Source: an uncultured Terracidiphilus sp. (GTDB lineage: Bacteria; Acidobacteriota; Terriglobia; Terriglobales; Acidobacteriaceae). Taken from it: a stretch of 64,000 nt of DNA. The notes under the pieces are model-generated. The model was not told where the DNA came from, did no database searches, and saw nothing but the letters and a program-made list of their open reading frames with translations. Shown one piece after another: positions 1 through 9,275 of this stretch (position 1 is the stretch's first letter; each line of letters opens with the position of its first letter). The position numbers and the translations under genes are program-made. The stretch covers positions 10,661 to 74,660 of the forward strand of contig CAZFMB010000008.1 of NCBI GenBank assembly GCA_964520005.1, written 5' to 3'.

Positions 1-334
1 TCCGGCGCAACGCGCGTAACTTACGCTCCGCAAAGGCCAGATCCACCGGCTTCACGCCGCGCCGCACCCGCACCTGCCAATCCATGGCCGCAATGCGATC
101 CTTGATGACGTTGATCGCCCGCCGGACTACCGGGGTCTCCGCAAACCTGCGCAGATTCATTGGTGTCGGTTTGGGCAGATGCTGCCCCGGAAACTGCACA
201 GGGCTCAGGATCGACGGCAGCGCCAGCGTTTTGCGCTCCGCCTCCGCATCTGCCGCGCCCGCTTCCATCTCCGCGTTCCGCCCGCTCCCCGTCGCTTGCC
301 GCCAGATCTCTCGCAACTGCTCTCCAACCTTCAC
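1..334 (-). CDS. phage portal-like protein, N-terminal part (gene runs off the left edge)
   Basis: Own translation of the minus strand from GTG at 334 (AAGGAAGG 5 nt upstream) is stop-free to position 1: VKVGEQLREIWRQATGSG...NLRRFAETPVVRRAINVIKDRIAAMDWQVRVRRGVKP. The composition is protein-like, unlike the Gly/Ala/Arg-rich listed ORF 21..377. It lies downstream of a terminase gene. It is missing from the ORF track because it is edge-truncated. Confidence 0.45.
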   Translation of the reverse strand, partial: MKVGEQLREIWRQATGSGRNAEMEAGAADAEAERKTLALPSILSPVQFPGQHLPKPTPMNLRRFAETPVVRRAINVIKDRIAAMDWQVRVRRGVKPVDLAFAERKLRALRR

Positions 335-406
335 GCGCACCTTCCTTCTTCGCCGCCCAAAAACAAAAAAGGCACAACCCCCGAAAGGGCCATGCCTATT
401 CCAACT

Positions 407-623
407 GACAGCTATCAGCTATCAGCTTTCAGCTAACAGTTATCCGTTCGATCAATAACCTGAAGGCTGGAAGTTCTCAGCCCCCAGATACATGAATCTC
501 ACTCACAAAACCCACTCTACAACAAACACTAGAAACTATCTGCAAAATCTCGCAAAATATTTCTCTCCAGTGAATTAATGATGCACGAGAAACTGTTAGC
601 TGAAAGCTGTCAGCTGATAGCTG
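407..623. repeat. inverted pair of CAGCTNT heptad arrays around a 148-bp AT-rich loop
   Basis: 407-444 reads gacagctatcagctatcagctttcagctaacagttatc. 593-623 reads ctgttagctgaaagctgtcagctgatagctg, nearly its reverse complement. Confidence 0.85.
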
Positions 624-642
624 GCGAGCCTTCGGCTCGCCC

Positions 643-1509
643 TCACACCTGCAATTCCCGCCGCGCCGTCTCCGCCACCCGACCCAGGTCCGACGTGGTC
701 AGCACCCGGATCTGGTTCTCTTCCATCGTCTCCACGCCAAAGCGATACATCTCCAGCCGCTCCGGCTCCGCGTCACTTGCCCCAAGCCGCGCCGCCGGCT
801 CAATCACGGCGGTCAACTCCAGGCTGGCCCGCTCCACCCGCTCCACGCCCATCCGCAGCCCCGCCGCGGAAAAAGCCAGCACCTTGGCCATCTCCACGCC
901 CGGCTCCAGGCTTACCGCGTGAAACATGCGCACCACACCATTCGGCTTATACCCCGCATCAATCCTCAGCGGATCGCCGGGCCGGGTGTACTCCGAGGCC
1001 GCAATCCTTTTTCTCAATAGCTCCCACACCCCAGCCCGTTCAAACTCTCCGCGCATCTTCGCCTGAATCGCCGCTCTTCCGCTCAATCTTTGCGTCTTCT
1101 CTCTCGGCGGCGGTTCCACATACAGCCGCATCAGCTCTTCCATCCCCGCCGGAAGGCTCTCCGCCAGGTATGCCTTGGGCTCGGTCATCTGCACATTCAG
1201 CGAGAGCGACTCGCTCAACAGCCGCATCAGATTCCCATCCGGCTCGCTCGCAAAGCGCCGCCGCAGCTCGCTCTCCATCCCCTCCAGCAACGCGGTGTCA
1301 GCCTCCGGATCAAGGCAGCGAACCCGGCGCCAGTCGCGGGTAAACCTGATCAAAGCCGGCTCCGCCCCGCCCGCCGCCGGTCCGTTCGCTTGCGTACCGC
1401 CCTGCTCTTTCAAAATCACCCCGATATGCACATACTCGTTCCTCACCGCATCCGGCACATACCGGAGCAGTTGAAATGTGCATGCCCGACGCTGGTTTTC
1501 GCTGTTCAT
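643..1509 (-). CDS. DUF3037 domain protein
   Basis: N-terminus FQLLRYVPDAVRNEYVHIGVIL matches the signature start of DUF3037 proteins as I recall it. 288 aa. Co-directional with the kinase gene upstream. Confidence 0.7.
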   Translation of the reverse strand: MNSENQRRACTFQLLRYVPDAVRNEYVHIGVILKEQGGTQANGPAAGGAEPALIRFTRDWRRVRCLDPEADTALLEGMESELRRRFASEPDGNLMRLLSESLSLNVQMTEPKAYLAESLPAGMEELMRLYVEPPPREKTQRLSGRAAIQAKMRGEFERAGVWELLRKRIAASEYTRPGDPLRIDAGYKPNGVVRMFHAVSLEPGVEMAKVLAFSAAGLRMGVERVERASLELTAVIEPAARLGASDAEPERLEMYRFGVETMEENQIRVLTTSDLGRVAETARRELQV

Positions 1510-1514
1510 CGATG

Positions 1515-1670
1515 TTAGTTTTCAGCTCTCAGCCTTCAGCCCTCAGCCCTCTAATCTCTGCCCTCAGCTTTTACCTGTTAGCTTTCAGCCCTCAGCTCTC
1601 AGCCTTCAGTTTGCCGCCGATGTCTATTTCCAAGACTGAAAGCTGACAGCTGTTAGCTGTTAGCTGATCG
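1515..1670. repeat. TCAGCCN / CAGCTNT heptad arrays between the DUF3037 and kinase genes
   Basis: 1515-1611 reads ttcagctc tcagcct tcagccc tcagccc ... tcagctc tcagcct tcagt. 1636-1670 reads actgaaagctgacagctgttagctgttagctgatcgctg, in inverse orientation. Confidence 0.85.
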
Positions 1671-1678
1671 CTGCCTTT

Positions 1679-2575
1679 TCAATTCACCCTCCCCATGGTA
1701 TTCCCCCACCTCTCCTCTTTCCAATCTTCCCCCAAATTTTTACCCATCCCCACCCATTTCGGAAATGGCCGCCTATCCGACTTCCCGAAGCCTTCAATCA
1801 GCTCCCGAATCCGGCTTCGCCTGGACAGCAGCTTTTCCACCAGAGCCTCCATTTCGCTCTGGTCGCCGCCATACCATTCAGGCGGTATCTCGTTGGCCGC
1901 CGCCCACACTGTCTCCGCCGCCATGGTCTCCAGCCGCGTCAGCCACGGTTCAAAGGCCTCCCAACCGCTGATCTCCCGGTAGACATCGTTGCGGTAGTAG
2001 ACCCCTCGCAGCGGCAGATCCTCGAACCTCCACTCCCCGGCGTGAAAGCAATACCCGTAGTCGATGAAGACCGCCCGGTAGCGCCGTTCCCGTTGTTTGC
2101 GCGCGAAAACCGCCTGCCGGCCGTTGGCGTTGCCCGTCCACTTGTCCAAGGCAAGAATCCCGGCAAATTCATTCAGGTTCCGCACCTCGGCCATCTGCTC
2201 CTCGGGCAGGTAATCCACCGCCTGTCCCGGCATCAGCCCGCCTACAAATCTCGACCCGAAGTTCAATCCCGCCGTACACCGCACTCGTGTCCGGCCCAGG
2301 TCCATCTCCAGCTCCGGCGTATTTTCCACCAGCCAGCTGGAGACCTCCATCAATACCGTCTCCGGAGCCGTAAGCCCCGCCGCCACCGCAATTCTTGAGG
2401 CCAGAAATTCGTTGGCCAGCACCCGCACGTGTTGCGGGTTATTCTGAAACTTCACCACGTACACCTGGCCATCCGCGCCCAGCATCAACTGGCCTTGCGC
2501 CCCGCCCCGCATCCGCCGGATATGCTGCACCGCCAGAACCGCCAAGCCCTTGCCCCCGCTCGCATTCAACCCCAC
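1679..2575 (-). CDS. HipA-like family kinase
   Basis: RRMRGGAQGQLMLGADGQVYVVKFQNNPQHVRVLANEF is typical of the HipA-family kinase proteins that pair with DUF3037. A catalytic-loop-like LDKWTGNANGRQ and a DFG-like FIDYGYCF are present. Confidence 0.65.
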   Translation of the reverse strand: MGLNASGGKGLAVLAVQHIRRMRGGAQGQLMLGADGQVYVVKFQNNPQHVRVLANEFLASRIAVAAGLTAPETVLMEVSSWLVENTPELEMDLGRTRVRCTAGLNFGSRFVGGLMPGQAVDYLPEEQMAEVRNLNEFAGILALDKWTGNANGRQAVFARKQRERRYRAVFIDYGYCFHAGEWRFEDLPLRGVYYRNDVYREISGWEAFEPWLTRLETMAAETVWAAANEIPPEWYGGDQSEMEALVEKLLSRRSRIRELIEGFGKSDRRPFPKWVGMGKNLGEDWKEERWGNTMGRVN

Positions 2576-2590
2576 TCGAATTCTATGCGC

Positions 2591-2733
2591 TGACAGTGAA
2601 CAGTGAACAGTGGTCAGTGATCAGTAAGGCGTATCGACACTCAGAACCATGCGTCCAAATTCTAAAATCTGCTTGACAATACCGTAAAACGTTAGCGCGT
2701 CCTCGTTGTTGACTGACCACTGTTCACTGTTTC
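2591..2733. repeat. inverted CAGTGNN heptad arrays between the kinase and terminase genes
   Basis: 2591-2627 reads tgacagtgaacagtgaacagtggtcagtgatcagtaa. 2711-2733 reads gactgaccactgttcactgtttc (reverse complement type) and overlaps the terminase stop codon. Confidence 0.85.
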
Positions 2734-4337
2734 AACTCGGCTCTCGCCTCCAACCCGATCGCCATAGCCATCACCCGGTCGTCATGCGTTCCCGGCCGTG
2801 CCCCGCTCCCGCCATCCGGACGGCGCACAAAACTCCGGCACTCCGCCAGCAGCTTTCGGCTCTGAAATCGCTCCGGTTCCTCCACCAGCGCCGCATCCAA
2901 TTGCCCCAACGCAGTCAGCCTGCTCAACGATGTGGTCAGCCAGCCCGCCTGCCCATTCTGCTTATAAATTCGCCCATACCCGCAGACGCTCTCCAGCAGC
3001 GCCAAAATTCCGCTGCCGTGATTGTTTCTCTCCACCACCAGCCAAGCCTGGTTGTACTCCGTGGCCAGCTTCGTCACAAACTGTGCCAGCTCCAGTCCGC
3101 CCATGTGCCCGGCAAACTCCGCGCACTGCAACCCCGTCTCCAGATCCAGCACCTCGGCCGCCGAATAATCCCCCTCGCTTCCGCCACCGGCCGGGTCCAC
3201 CGCCACCAGATACTTCTTGCCCGTGAGCGGCGGCAACCAGATCTCCAGCTCCCCGTTGTGCCGCACTTCAATCGGCTCAGTCACCGTCGCCAGCCGCGCA
3301 TCCACCGCCCCCAACTCAAAGACTGAATCCCCGCTGGCCAAAAAGCATTTTTCGCAATCTTCCGCGTACTCCTGCCGCGCCAGAGAGCGAAAATCCGCCC
3401 TGATCTGCCGCCGGAATCCAATCTGCTCCAGATCCAGCAGCTTGAAGGCCATTAAATCCCGCTCTTCGTCCGTAAGGCTCTCTTCGTCCACCGCCTTCGC
3501 CCGGTACTGCCGCTCCATCCACCAGGGAAAGAAGTGCCGCACCATCCCCATCTCGCTGGCCTTCTGCCACTCCTCGTAAAAGCAGCCGCCCACCCCCTCC
3601 GGCGTCGATTCCAGTATCAGCTCCGCACCTGGCGCCATCGCCGCCCGCAGTCCCGCCAGCGTCTCCGCTGGATCGCCCGGCCACCTCGCCAGCTCCGAGC
3701 AGTGCAGATTCTGCACCGTCAATCCCCGCCCCGCGTTCCGGTCTCCCGCCGTCACCACCCGGTACTGCGAGTCCATCTCCGGAAAAACAATCTGCCGCAC
3801 GTTGGCCCGCGAAATCTGCAACGGACCCTCGCGCAGCGCCTCCGGCAACCAGTCCACAAAGCGGTGCACAATTCCGAAGATCTCCTCGGCCGCCTCCTGC
3901 GAGTGCGCCACCTGCAGCGTCAGCGTCCCCGGCTGGGTAATTGTCTTCAGAAAAAAGCGCGCCGCCACCCAGGTCGTCATCCCCATCTGCCGCGCCTTTA
4001 GAACAATATTCCGTGTCGCCCGCAGCCGTTCAAAGGCCCGCTGCACCGTGTTCGCCCTGAGCGGCGCAGTGCTCCCATCTCGCGTACGCACCTTCAGCAG
4101 TTGCTCGGCCAGCTCCATCCCTACCGTCCGGCCACGCAGGCTCGCCGGACGAGTATCCAGTATCTTCCCGAAGCGCACCAACTCCTCCCGGTCAAGCTCC
4201 TCCGGGATTAGACTCCGGCCCCCGCTGTTGTTCTCCGCACTTATTTCAGCCACTGTATCCTCGCGATCATTGCCGCCTTCGCTTCCTCTCAAAACTTCTG
4301 TCCTGCATGAAGAGCGCCATATTCCAGGGCTACTCAC
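2724..4337 (-). CDS. phage terminase large subunit
   Basis: Walker-A-like LKARQMGMTTW, followed by a C-terminal RNaseH-like nuclease end (GTHDDRVMAMAIG). 537 aa. The start overlaps the stop of the upstream gene by 4 nt. Confidence 0.8.
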   Translation of the reverse strand: MSSPGIWRSSCRTEVLRGSEGGNDREDTVAEISAENNSGGRSLIPEELDREELVRFGKILDTRPASLRGRTVGMELAEQLLKVRTRDGSTAPLRANTVQRAFERLRATRNIVLKARQMGMTTWVAARFFLKTITQPGTLTLQVAHSQEAAEEIFGIVHRFVDWLPEALREGPLQISRANVRQIVFPEMDSQYRVVTAGDRNAGRGLTVQNLHCSELARWPGDPAETLAGLRAAMAPGAELILESTPEGVGGCFYEEWQKASEMGMVRHFFPWWMERQYRAKAVDEESLTDEERDLMAFKLLDLEQIGFRRQIRADFRSLARQEYAEDCEKCFLASGDSVFELGAVDARLATVTEPIEVRHNGELEIWLPPLTGKKYLVAVDPAGGGSEGDYSAAEVLDLETGLQCAEFAGHMGGLELAQFVTKLATEYNQAWLVVERNNHGSGILALLESVCGYGRIYKQNGQAGWLTTSLSRLTALGQLDAALVEEPERFQSRKLLAECRSFVRRPDGGSGARPGTHDDRVMAMAIGLEARAELKQ

Positions 4338-7300
4338 GGCAGCCAGGTGCAGTAACTACCCGGCTCGATTACCAGCGCATCCGATGTGCTGCTGGAGAGT
4401 CCGTAGACCGTCACCGTCACCGCGTTGGAACTTCCCGTGGTGAGAGTAAATTCGATCTCGTCCCTGTAGCCTGTCGCCGTGGCGCTGGGCGCATCCGCAG
4501 CAGAAACCGCGGTCGTTGTCGTCGAGGCGATCGTAGTATAAGTTGGTGCTTTGTACACTCCCGGAGAATCCTGATTGATCACCCAAAGGTCGGTAGGCGC
4601 ATTGTTCATCCCCATTCCGAATTGCACCGTGCCCACCGCCGTGTTTTGCTCCCAGATCAACACGCACATGCCGCGCTTGGTGGTGCTCACCGGAATCGAC
4701 GGAAGCGCCAGCCCGGTCGTAGTAAAGCTGGTTGCCGCGATGCTCGTCGCGCTGGAAAGCGATGCACCCATTCCGCCCGTGATCGTTCCAGTGGCCGTCA
4801 ATGTGCCCGGCACGCTGGCATTACCCGAACTCGTCACCGTGAAAGCTTGAACGTTATAATTCGCGCCGCCCTCGTAGACAATAAAACCGCCCGTGCCGGC
4901 TCCCGTCGATGCATTGTTGATGGTGACCGCGCTTGTGCCCTGCGAGTTGATGTTGGTTCCCGCATTGATGTAGCCGGTCAGAATGTCCACCGGAGTGGTC
5001 GCGCCCTGATCGTGAATCTTCAGATCGTAGCTCGTATCCTCTTCGATATACCACTCGGTCACCGGCGTCGCGGCGGCGCTGTTCAGTTGAATCCCGCCCA
5101 GATATGCGGTGCTCGACGTGCCCGGTTGAATTACAACATAGTCCGTGCTGGCCGAGTTATTCGCAAAGGTTGTGGTATTACCTGTAAAGGTCGGCGATGA
5201 TGTCAGCGCCAGCATCGATCCACTCCCCGACAACCCGCTGATCGCCGTTCCATTGATCTGTGTGGCGTTGGCATTTCCCAATTGTCCTTCAAGCTGCCAA
5301 TACGTTCCATCGAACGTCGCGCTAATCCAATTACCAGCCAATAAGTCATCGGCAATTAAGTTAGTGCCGCCGCCCCACTTCTTAATAGAAGCAGCTGTGG
5401 CGCCATTCACGGCCAGCGTTGCGCCTCCCGTGTTCGCCACATCCGCCTTGAACTGAATATGGTCTCCGGTCGCGGGTGTAAACGAAGGCGTGGTCGTGCA
5501 TGTGTAGGCTGTCCCCGACCCCGATGCCGCGCTGCAATTCGCCGGCACACTCAAATTGTGCGAGGTCGAGGCCACAAGCTGGCTGCCCGAATTGCTGCTC
5601 AATGCGTTCGTCGATGCCGGTATGCTGCCGCCGTTGATCTTGCCGACGCTCGTCGCCGATTGACTTCCTGTCACATCGCCCGCCAGGGAGTTTGTAAAGC
5701 TGGCCGCCGTCCCCGTCGTATTCGCCGTATTGCTCGGAATGTCCCCGCTCAACAGTGTCGGCAATTGCGCATGAGGAAGCGTGCCCGTTGTCAGGTCCGA
5801 CGCTGAAACTGTCACATTGCCGCTCAAGCTATGACCATTGACTGTCGTGCTCGTAGCCACCCCGCCCAGGTTCGTCAGCGCCCCGGAAGCAGTCGTGGAT
5901 CCCGTTCCTCCCGCCGCTACCGATACCGTGTTCACGCCTGAAAGCGTTGTACCCGTGCCGTTGTAATATGCGATCTGCCCATTGGTCCCCGAGTTCACCG
6001 TCCCGCTGCCGCCCCCGCCCCCGCTCCCGCACGCCGTCCCCGTATTGGTGATGTAACCCGAGTTGTCGATCTGCAGGCAGTTGTAGCCGCCGCTCGACGC
6101 AAGCCCCGGAAATTGAATGGATGTCGTTCCCGTGAAGCTGGCGTACAAACTGCCGCTGTTTCCTCCATACACCTTGAACTGCGTGCCGGACCCTGTTTCG
6201 TAGTTGATCCGCACCACTCCGGTAGAATTCGACGCATCAATATAGGTATCGCCGCTGTTCGTGCTCTGGTAAGCCTTGAAGCTGTCCAGTCCGCCGGTCG
6301 CCGAATTCAGCGCCCAGTTATTGCTCGCGTCCTTCACCATGTACCACTGGCTGCTCCCGTTCCAGTCCTTGTAGGTGTACGCACCTTTCTGGCTGGTGGT
6401 TAGTCCCGGCCATAGATAGTAATCCACCTCGGCATCGGCGTTATTCCGAACCGTCATCGTCCCTGTCGACTGCGACGTGCCTCCCACCAGCAGCGTGCCG
6501 TTGAACTGCGCGTTCCCGGTGTTGCCGACTGTCGCCACCGTGCTCTCGCTCGCTCCTCCCGATCCGAAGATCACTCCGCCAGTCCCCGAGCCATTCGATC
6601 CGTTCAGCACCACAGCTCCGGTCCCCGCCGAATTGATCGCTGTCTGGTTGTTGGTGCTCGACTGCCCGTTGTTATACTGGCCCACCGAAATCCGGTTCAC
6701 GTTGTTGAGCAAATCTTGTATCTGATAGAACTGTTCGCCCGCCGTCGCGTCCGTGTACCCTTCCATCCAGCGATAGCCGTAATCCGTCTGAATCTCATTC
6801 AGCAAGCCGCGTTCGTTTCCCGCGCCCGTCCCCAGCCGCAGGTGATTCGTAACTGTCGCGTCCTTCTGGCTCCCATACCAATCGCCATTCATGCCGTTAA
6901 AGCTGCGATGAAAGGTATCCAGAAAACTGTTGCGCGTGCCATTGTCCGTCAACTGCCCGGTAAACATCGTGCCGCCGGTCATCCAGTTGTTATACGAGCT
7001 GCCCGCATCCGCCACCACCTGATTCGTCGAGTTCTCGTTGCGCAATCCCACAATCGTGTTGTTCTGTGCGTTCGCTCCCAGGTGCAACGCCGTCGCGCAT
7101 CCCTCCACGTCTCCGCCAGTAAAGGTATTTCCATCGCCTTGTTGCAGGTTGATCCCATACGTCCCGCTTACCGGGCTGCCCCCGCTCGTCGGGCAATCAA
7201 TATGCAACCGCACAAACGTGCTCGCATTCAACCAATCCGTCGTCGCGGAATTTGCGATCTGATGCCCAATCGCGTTCACCGCCGTCTGAAATCCCGTAAA

Positions 7301-8557
7301 CTCGTTGTCGTAGAAAGTTCCACCCGTATAATTCCCCGTTCCGTCCAGCGTCATGCCCGTCTGGTTTGAGTTACCAAGAAAATACAAGCTTTCCAGATCC
7401 AACTCTTGCGTGCGATAAGCTGCGAATCCTTTCGCGCTGGCGCTCGATGATAATGTAGTGTTGATCGCCACGTTGTCCAAATGAAAACCCAGCGTGTCCG
7501 CGGCATACGTCGGGTCGCCCACCTGCAACATCGCGCCCGTCCCCGAGTAATAAAAAACCGTCCCGCCCTGGCTCCCGCTCGCCGTACTCGCCCCGCGCAA
7601 CGCGCACCCGCGCAGCGACACATTCCGCGTACCTGCCGTCACAATAATCTGGTTCGCCGTCGAAATCGTCGCGCACGGCAGCAGCACCGTTGCATTCGCC
7701 GTTGCAATTGTCACGCTCGATCCCATCCCCAGCGTCCCTGTAAAATTCCGCGCATCGCACGTTCCACCCTGCGTCGTGCTCAACCCGCTTAGGCATGCTC
7801 CCAGCTTGGCCCCGAAATCCGCTCCGGGAAATTGGTCCACCTGGTAAAGCGCCCCTATCTGTGTCGCCGTCAACGCACCCGTCAACGTTCCGCCCGTCAG
7901 AGGAACCGACTGCGCCGTCGCCGCATCCACATATTGCTTGTCCGCCGCCTGCAAAGGCGTAGTCGGAGCGCAACACAAAGTCAGCGGACCGGTCATCGTC
8001 GCCCCGTTTGCCGTCAGCAAACTTCCCGCCAGCTCCGCAACCGCCTGGTCAACATATGTCTTACTCGCCGCCTGCACGGCCTGCACCGATGGCATCACCT
8101 GCGACTGCACCTGACCCAGCGTCGCCGTTGTCGTCGCCGGAACCACCCAGTACTGCGTGTTCACCGACCCGTCGCTCATGTAACAGATCGCCGTATAGTA
8201 AAGCCCCGCCGGCGTAGCCCCAAGGTTAGGCGCCAAATTCACGCTCACAAATCCATCCGGCGCTATCGCCACTGTCATGCTGTCAGCCGCCACCAGTTGG
8301 CCGCTCGCCGTCGTAAATGATGGCCAACTCACCACCAGTGTCCCTGTCCCCGGCTGGCCGTTCGCAAGATACACCGTCCCCTGTACCGTCGTCGTGCCGA
8401 TAGCCTGCGCGTGGACCACGCTTCCCATCCACACGCCCAGCAGGCACAGCTCCATCAACAACAGGCCCAGCCATCCGCTGGCGCGCAAACCTTCATAATT
8501 TGTGAGCTTCATCCATCCCTCGTTTTCTTCCGGAAAAAAAGGCAGAGACTCCTTCAT
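4334..8557 (-). CDS. giant secreted tail-fibre-like / right-handed beta-helix protein
   Basis: 1407 aa, rich in G/T/S/N. Repeated phage tail-fibre motifs occur near the N-terminus (K.YVD...L.GGT(M/L)TG.LT), with a beta-helix-like middle (NVSLRGCALRG). From the alternative start at 8512 the N-terminus reads MKLTNYEGLRASGWLGLLLMELCLLGVWMGSVVHAQA, which looks like a signal peptide. Confidence 0.6.
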   Translation of the reverse strand: MKESLPFFPEENEGWMKLTNYEGLRASGWLGLLLMELCLLGVWMGSVVHAQAIGTTTVQGTVYLANGQPGTGTLVVSWPSFTTASGQLVAADSMTVAIAPDGFVSVNLAPNLGATPAGLYYTAICYMSDGSVNTQYWVVPATTTATLGQVQSQVMPSVQAVQAASKTYVDQAVAELAGSLLTANGATMTGPLTLCCAPTTPLQAADKQYVDAATAQSVPLTGGTLTGALTATQIGALYQVDQFPGADFGAKLGACLSGLSTTQGGTCDARNFTGTLGMGSSVTIATANATVLLPCATISTANQIIVTAGTRNVSLRGCALRGASTASGSQGGTVFYYSGTGAMLQVGDPTYAADTLGFHLDNVAINTTLSSSASAKGFAAYRTQELDLESLYFLGNSNQTGMTLDGTGNYTGGTFYDNEFTGFQTAVNAIGHQIANSATTDWLNASTFVRLHIDCPTSGGSPVSGTYGINLQQGDGNTFTGGDVEGCATALHLGANAQNNTIVGLRNENSTNQVVADAGSSYNNWMTGGTMFTGQLTDNGTRNSFLDTFHRSFNGMNGDWYGSQKDATVTNHLRLGTGAGNERGLLNEIQTDYGYRWMEGYTDATAGEQFYQIQDLLNNVNRISVGQYNNGQSSTNNQTAINSAGTGAVVLNGSNGSGTGGVIFGSGGASESTVATVGNTGNAQFNGTLLVGGTSQSTGTMTVRNNADAEVDYYLWPGLTTSQKGAYTYKDWNGSSQWYMVKDASNNWALNSATGGLDSFKAYQSTNSGDTYIDASNSTGVVRINYETGSGTQFKVYGGNSGSLYASFTGTTSIQFPGLASSGGYNCLQIDNSGYITNTGTACGSGGGGGSGTVNSGTNGQIAYYNGTGTTLSGVNTVSVAAGGTGSTTASGALTNLGGVATSTTVNGHSLSGNVTVSASDLTTGTLPHAQLPTLLSGDIPSNTANTTGTAASFTNSLAGDVTGSQSATSVGKINGGSIPASTNALSSNSGSQLVASTSHNLSVPANCSAASGSGTAYTCTTTPSFTPATGDHIQFKADVANTGGATLAVNGATAASIKKWGGGTNLIADDLLAGNWISATFDGTYWQLEGQLGNANATQINGTAISGLSGSGSMLALTSSPTFTGNTTTFANNSASTDYVVIQPGTSSTAYLGGIQLNSAAATPVTEWYIEEDTSYDLKIHDQGATTPVDILTGYINAGTNINSQGTSAVTINNASTGAGTGGFIVYEGGANYNVQAFTVTSSGNASVPGTLTATGTITGGMGASLSSATSIAATSFTTTGLALPSIPVSTTKRGMCVLIWEQNTAVGTVQFGMGMNNAPTDLWVINQDSPGVYKAPTYTTIASTTTTAVSAADAPSATATGYRDEIEFTLTTGSSNAVTVTVYGLSSSTSDALVIEPGSYCTWLP

Positions 8558-8670
8558 CTCTGCCTTGCTCCCGCAAAGTTTGTCTTCTCGTTAACTCGCT
8601 GAATCTACGGCTGACCTACACACGCCGCTCAGTTGTTCTTGCTGCTTTAGGGTCCACAGCGACATGGGGT

Positions 8671-8699
8671 CCCCAAGAAGCTGCACTTGCTTCTTGGGG
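8671..8699. repeat. CCCC...CTT...GGGG REP-type hairpin
   Basis: CCCCAAGAAGC-TGCACTT-GCTTCTTGGGG. Relatives lie at 16689-16725, 20808-20860 and 24294-24322. Confidence 0.75.
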
Positions 8700-8783
8700 T
8701 GGTAACCAGCAACAATTGCGCGTTGGGGTAAAACAACAGCTCTTTGTTGTTGATGTGATAATTGCGTGGAATTTGCTAACCCG

Positions 8784-9275
8784 CTAGCCCCGCGAAGCAG
8801 TTGCTAACTCACTCTCGTCCTGCTCCCGCTTCGCGGCTGCTTCGGCTTCTGCATCAGTCAACTGCTGCTCTGAAGTCAAGGTTTGCGCATAACTGAAAAG
8901 TTGGCTCACCACCTCTTGGTTTTCGCAATCGATGAGCCCGTCCGCCATGGCATACAATAGCCTGGCGCCCGTCCAGTCGCCCTTTTTCACGGAGTCGATC
9001 AGCTTCTGGGCAATATCCTCGCTGTTTTCCCCGACTTTCTTGTCTACCGCCGCAATCAACTTTGCCTTGCCCGGGTTGACCGACTTCGCTTGCGTTCCTG
9101 TTCCGCGCGGCTTGCCTGCAGCCGCCTGACATTTCCTTGCCAACACCATTTCTCCGCCAATCCCGTTCCAACATTCCACGGCCTCACTCTCTCCGTAGAA
9201 AAGGAAAGGGTTGATTCCCCAATGGGAACCACACCCCGTATTCGCCGAATTGGTTTCTTCGGTTGTCGCGAACAC
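8784..9275 (-). CDS. hypothetical protein (phage-block associated)
   Basis: ORF only. The C-terminal two thirds (from the alternative Met at 9149) look protein-like: KLIAAVDKKVGENSEDIAQKLIDSVKKGDWTGARLLYAMADG. It overlaps ORF 9056..9436 in another frame, so a frameshifted longer gene is possible. Confidence 0.3.
   Translation of the reverse strand: MFATTEETNSANTGCGSHWGINPFLFYGESEAVECWNGIGGEMVLARKCQAAAGKPRGTGTQAKSVNPGKAKLIAAVDKKVGENSEDIAQKLIDSVKKGDWTGARLLYAMADGLIDCENQEVVSQLFSYAQTLTSEQQLTDAEAEAAAKREQDESELATASRG

Noticed and set aside
4307-5200. Numerous long antisense or alternative-frame ORFs inside large genes (for example 4307..5200, 6716..7369, 7371..7976, 41733..42422, 51582..52283, 58520..59422, 60656..61258)
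   Set aside because: All lie within better-supported genes on the other strand or frame and have Arg/Gly/Pro-rich composition characteristic of non-coding frames in about 60% GC DNA.
4334-8557. Possible diversity-generating retroelement acting on the tail-fibre C-terminus
   Set aside because: No reverse transcriptase ORF and no template-repeat copy of the 3' end (4334 to about 4700) were noticed anywhere in the window.
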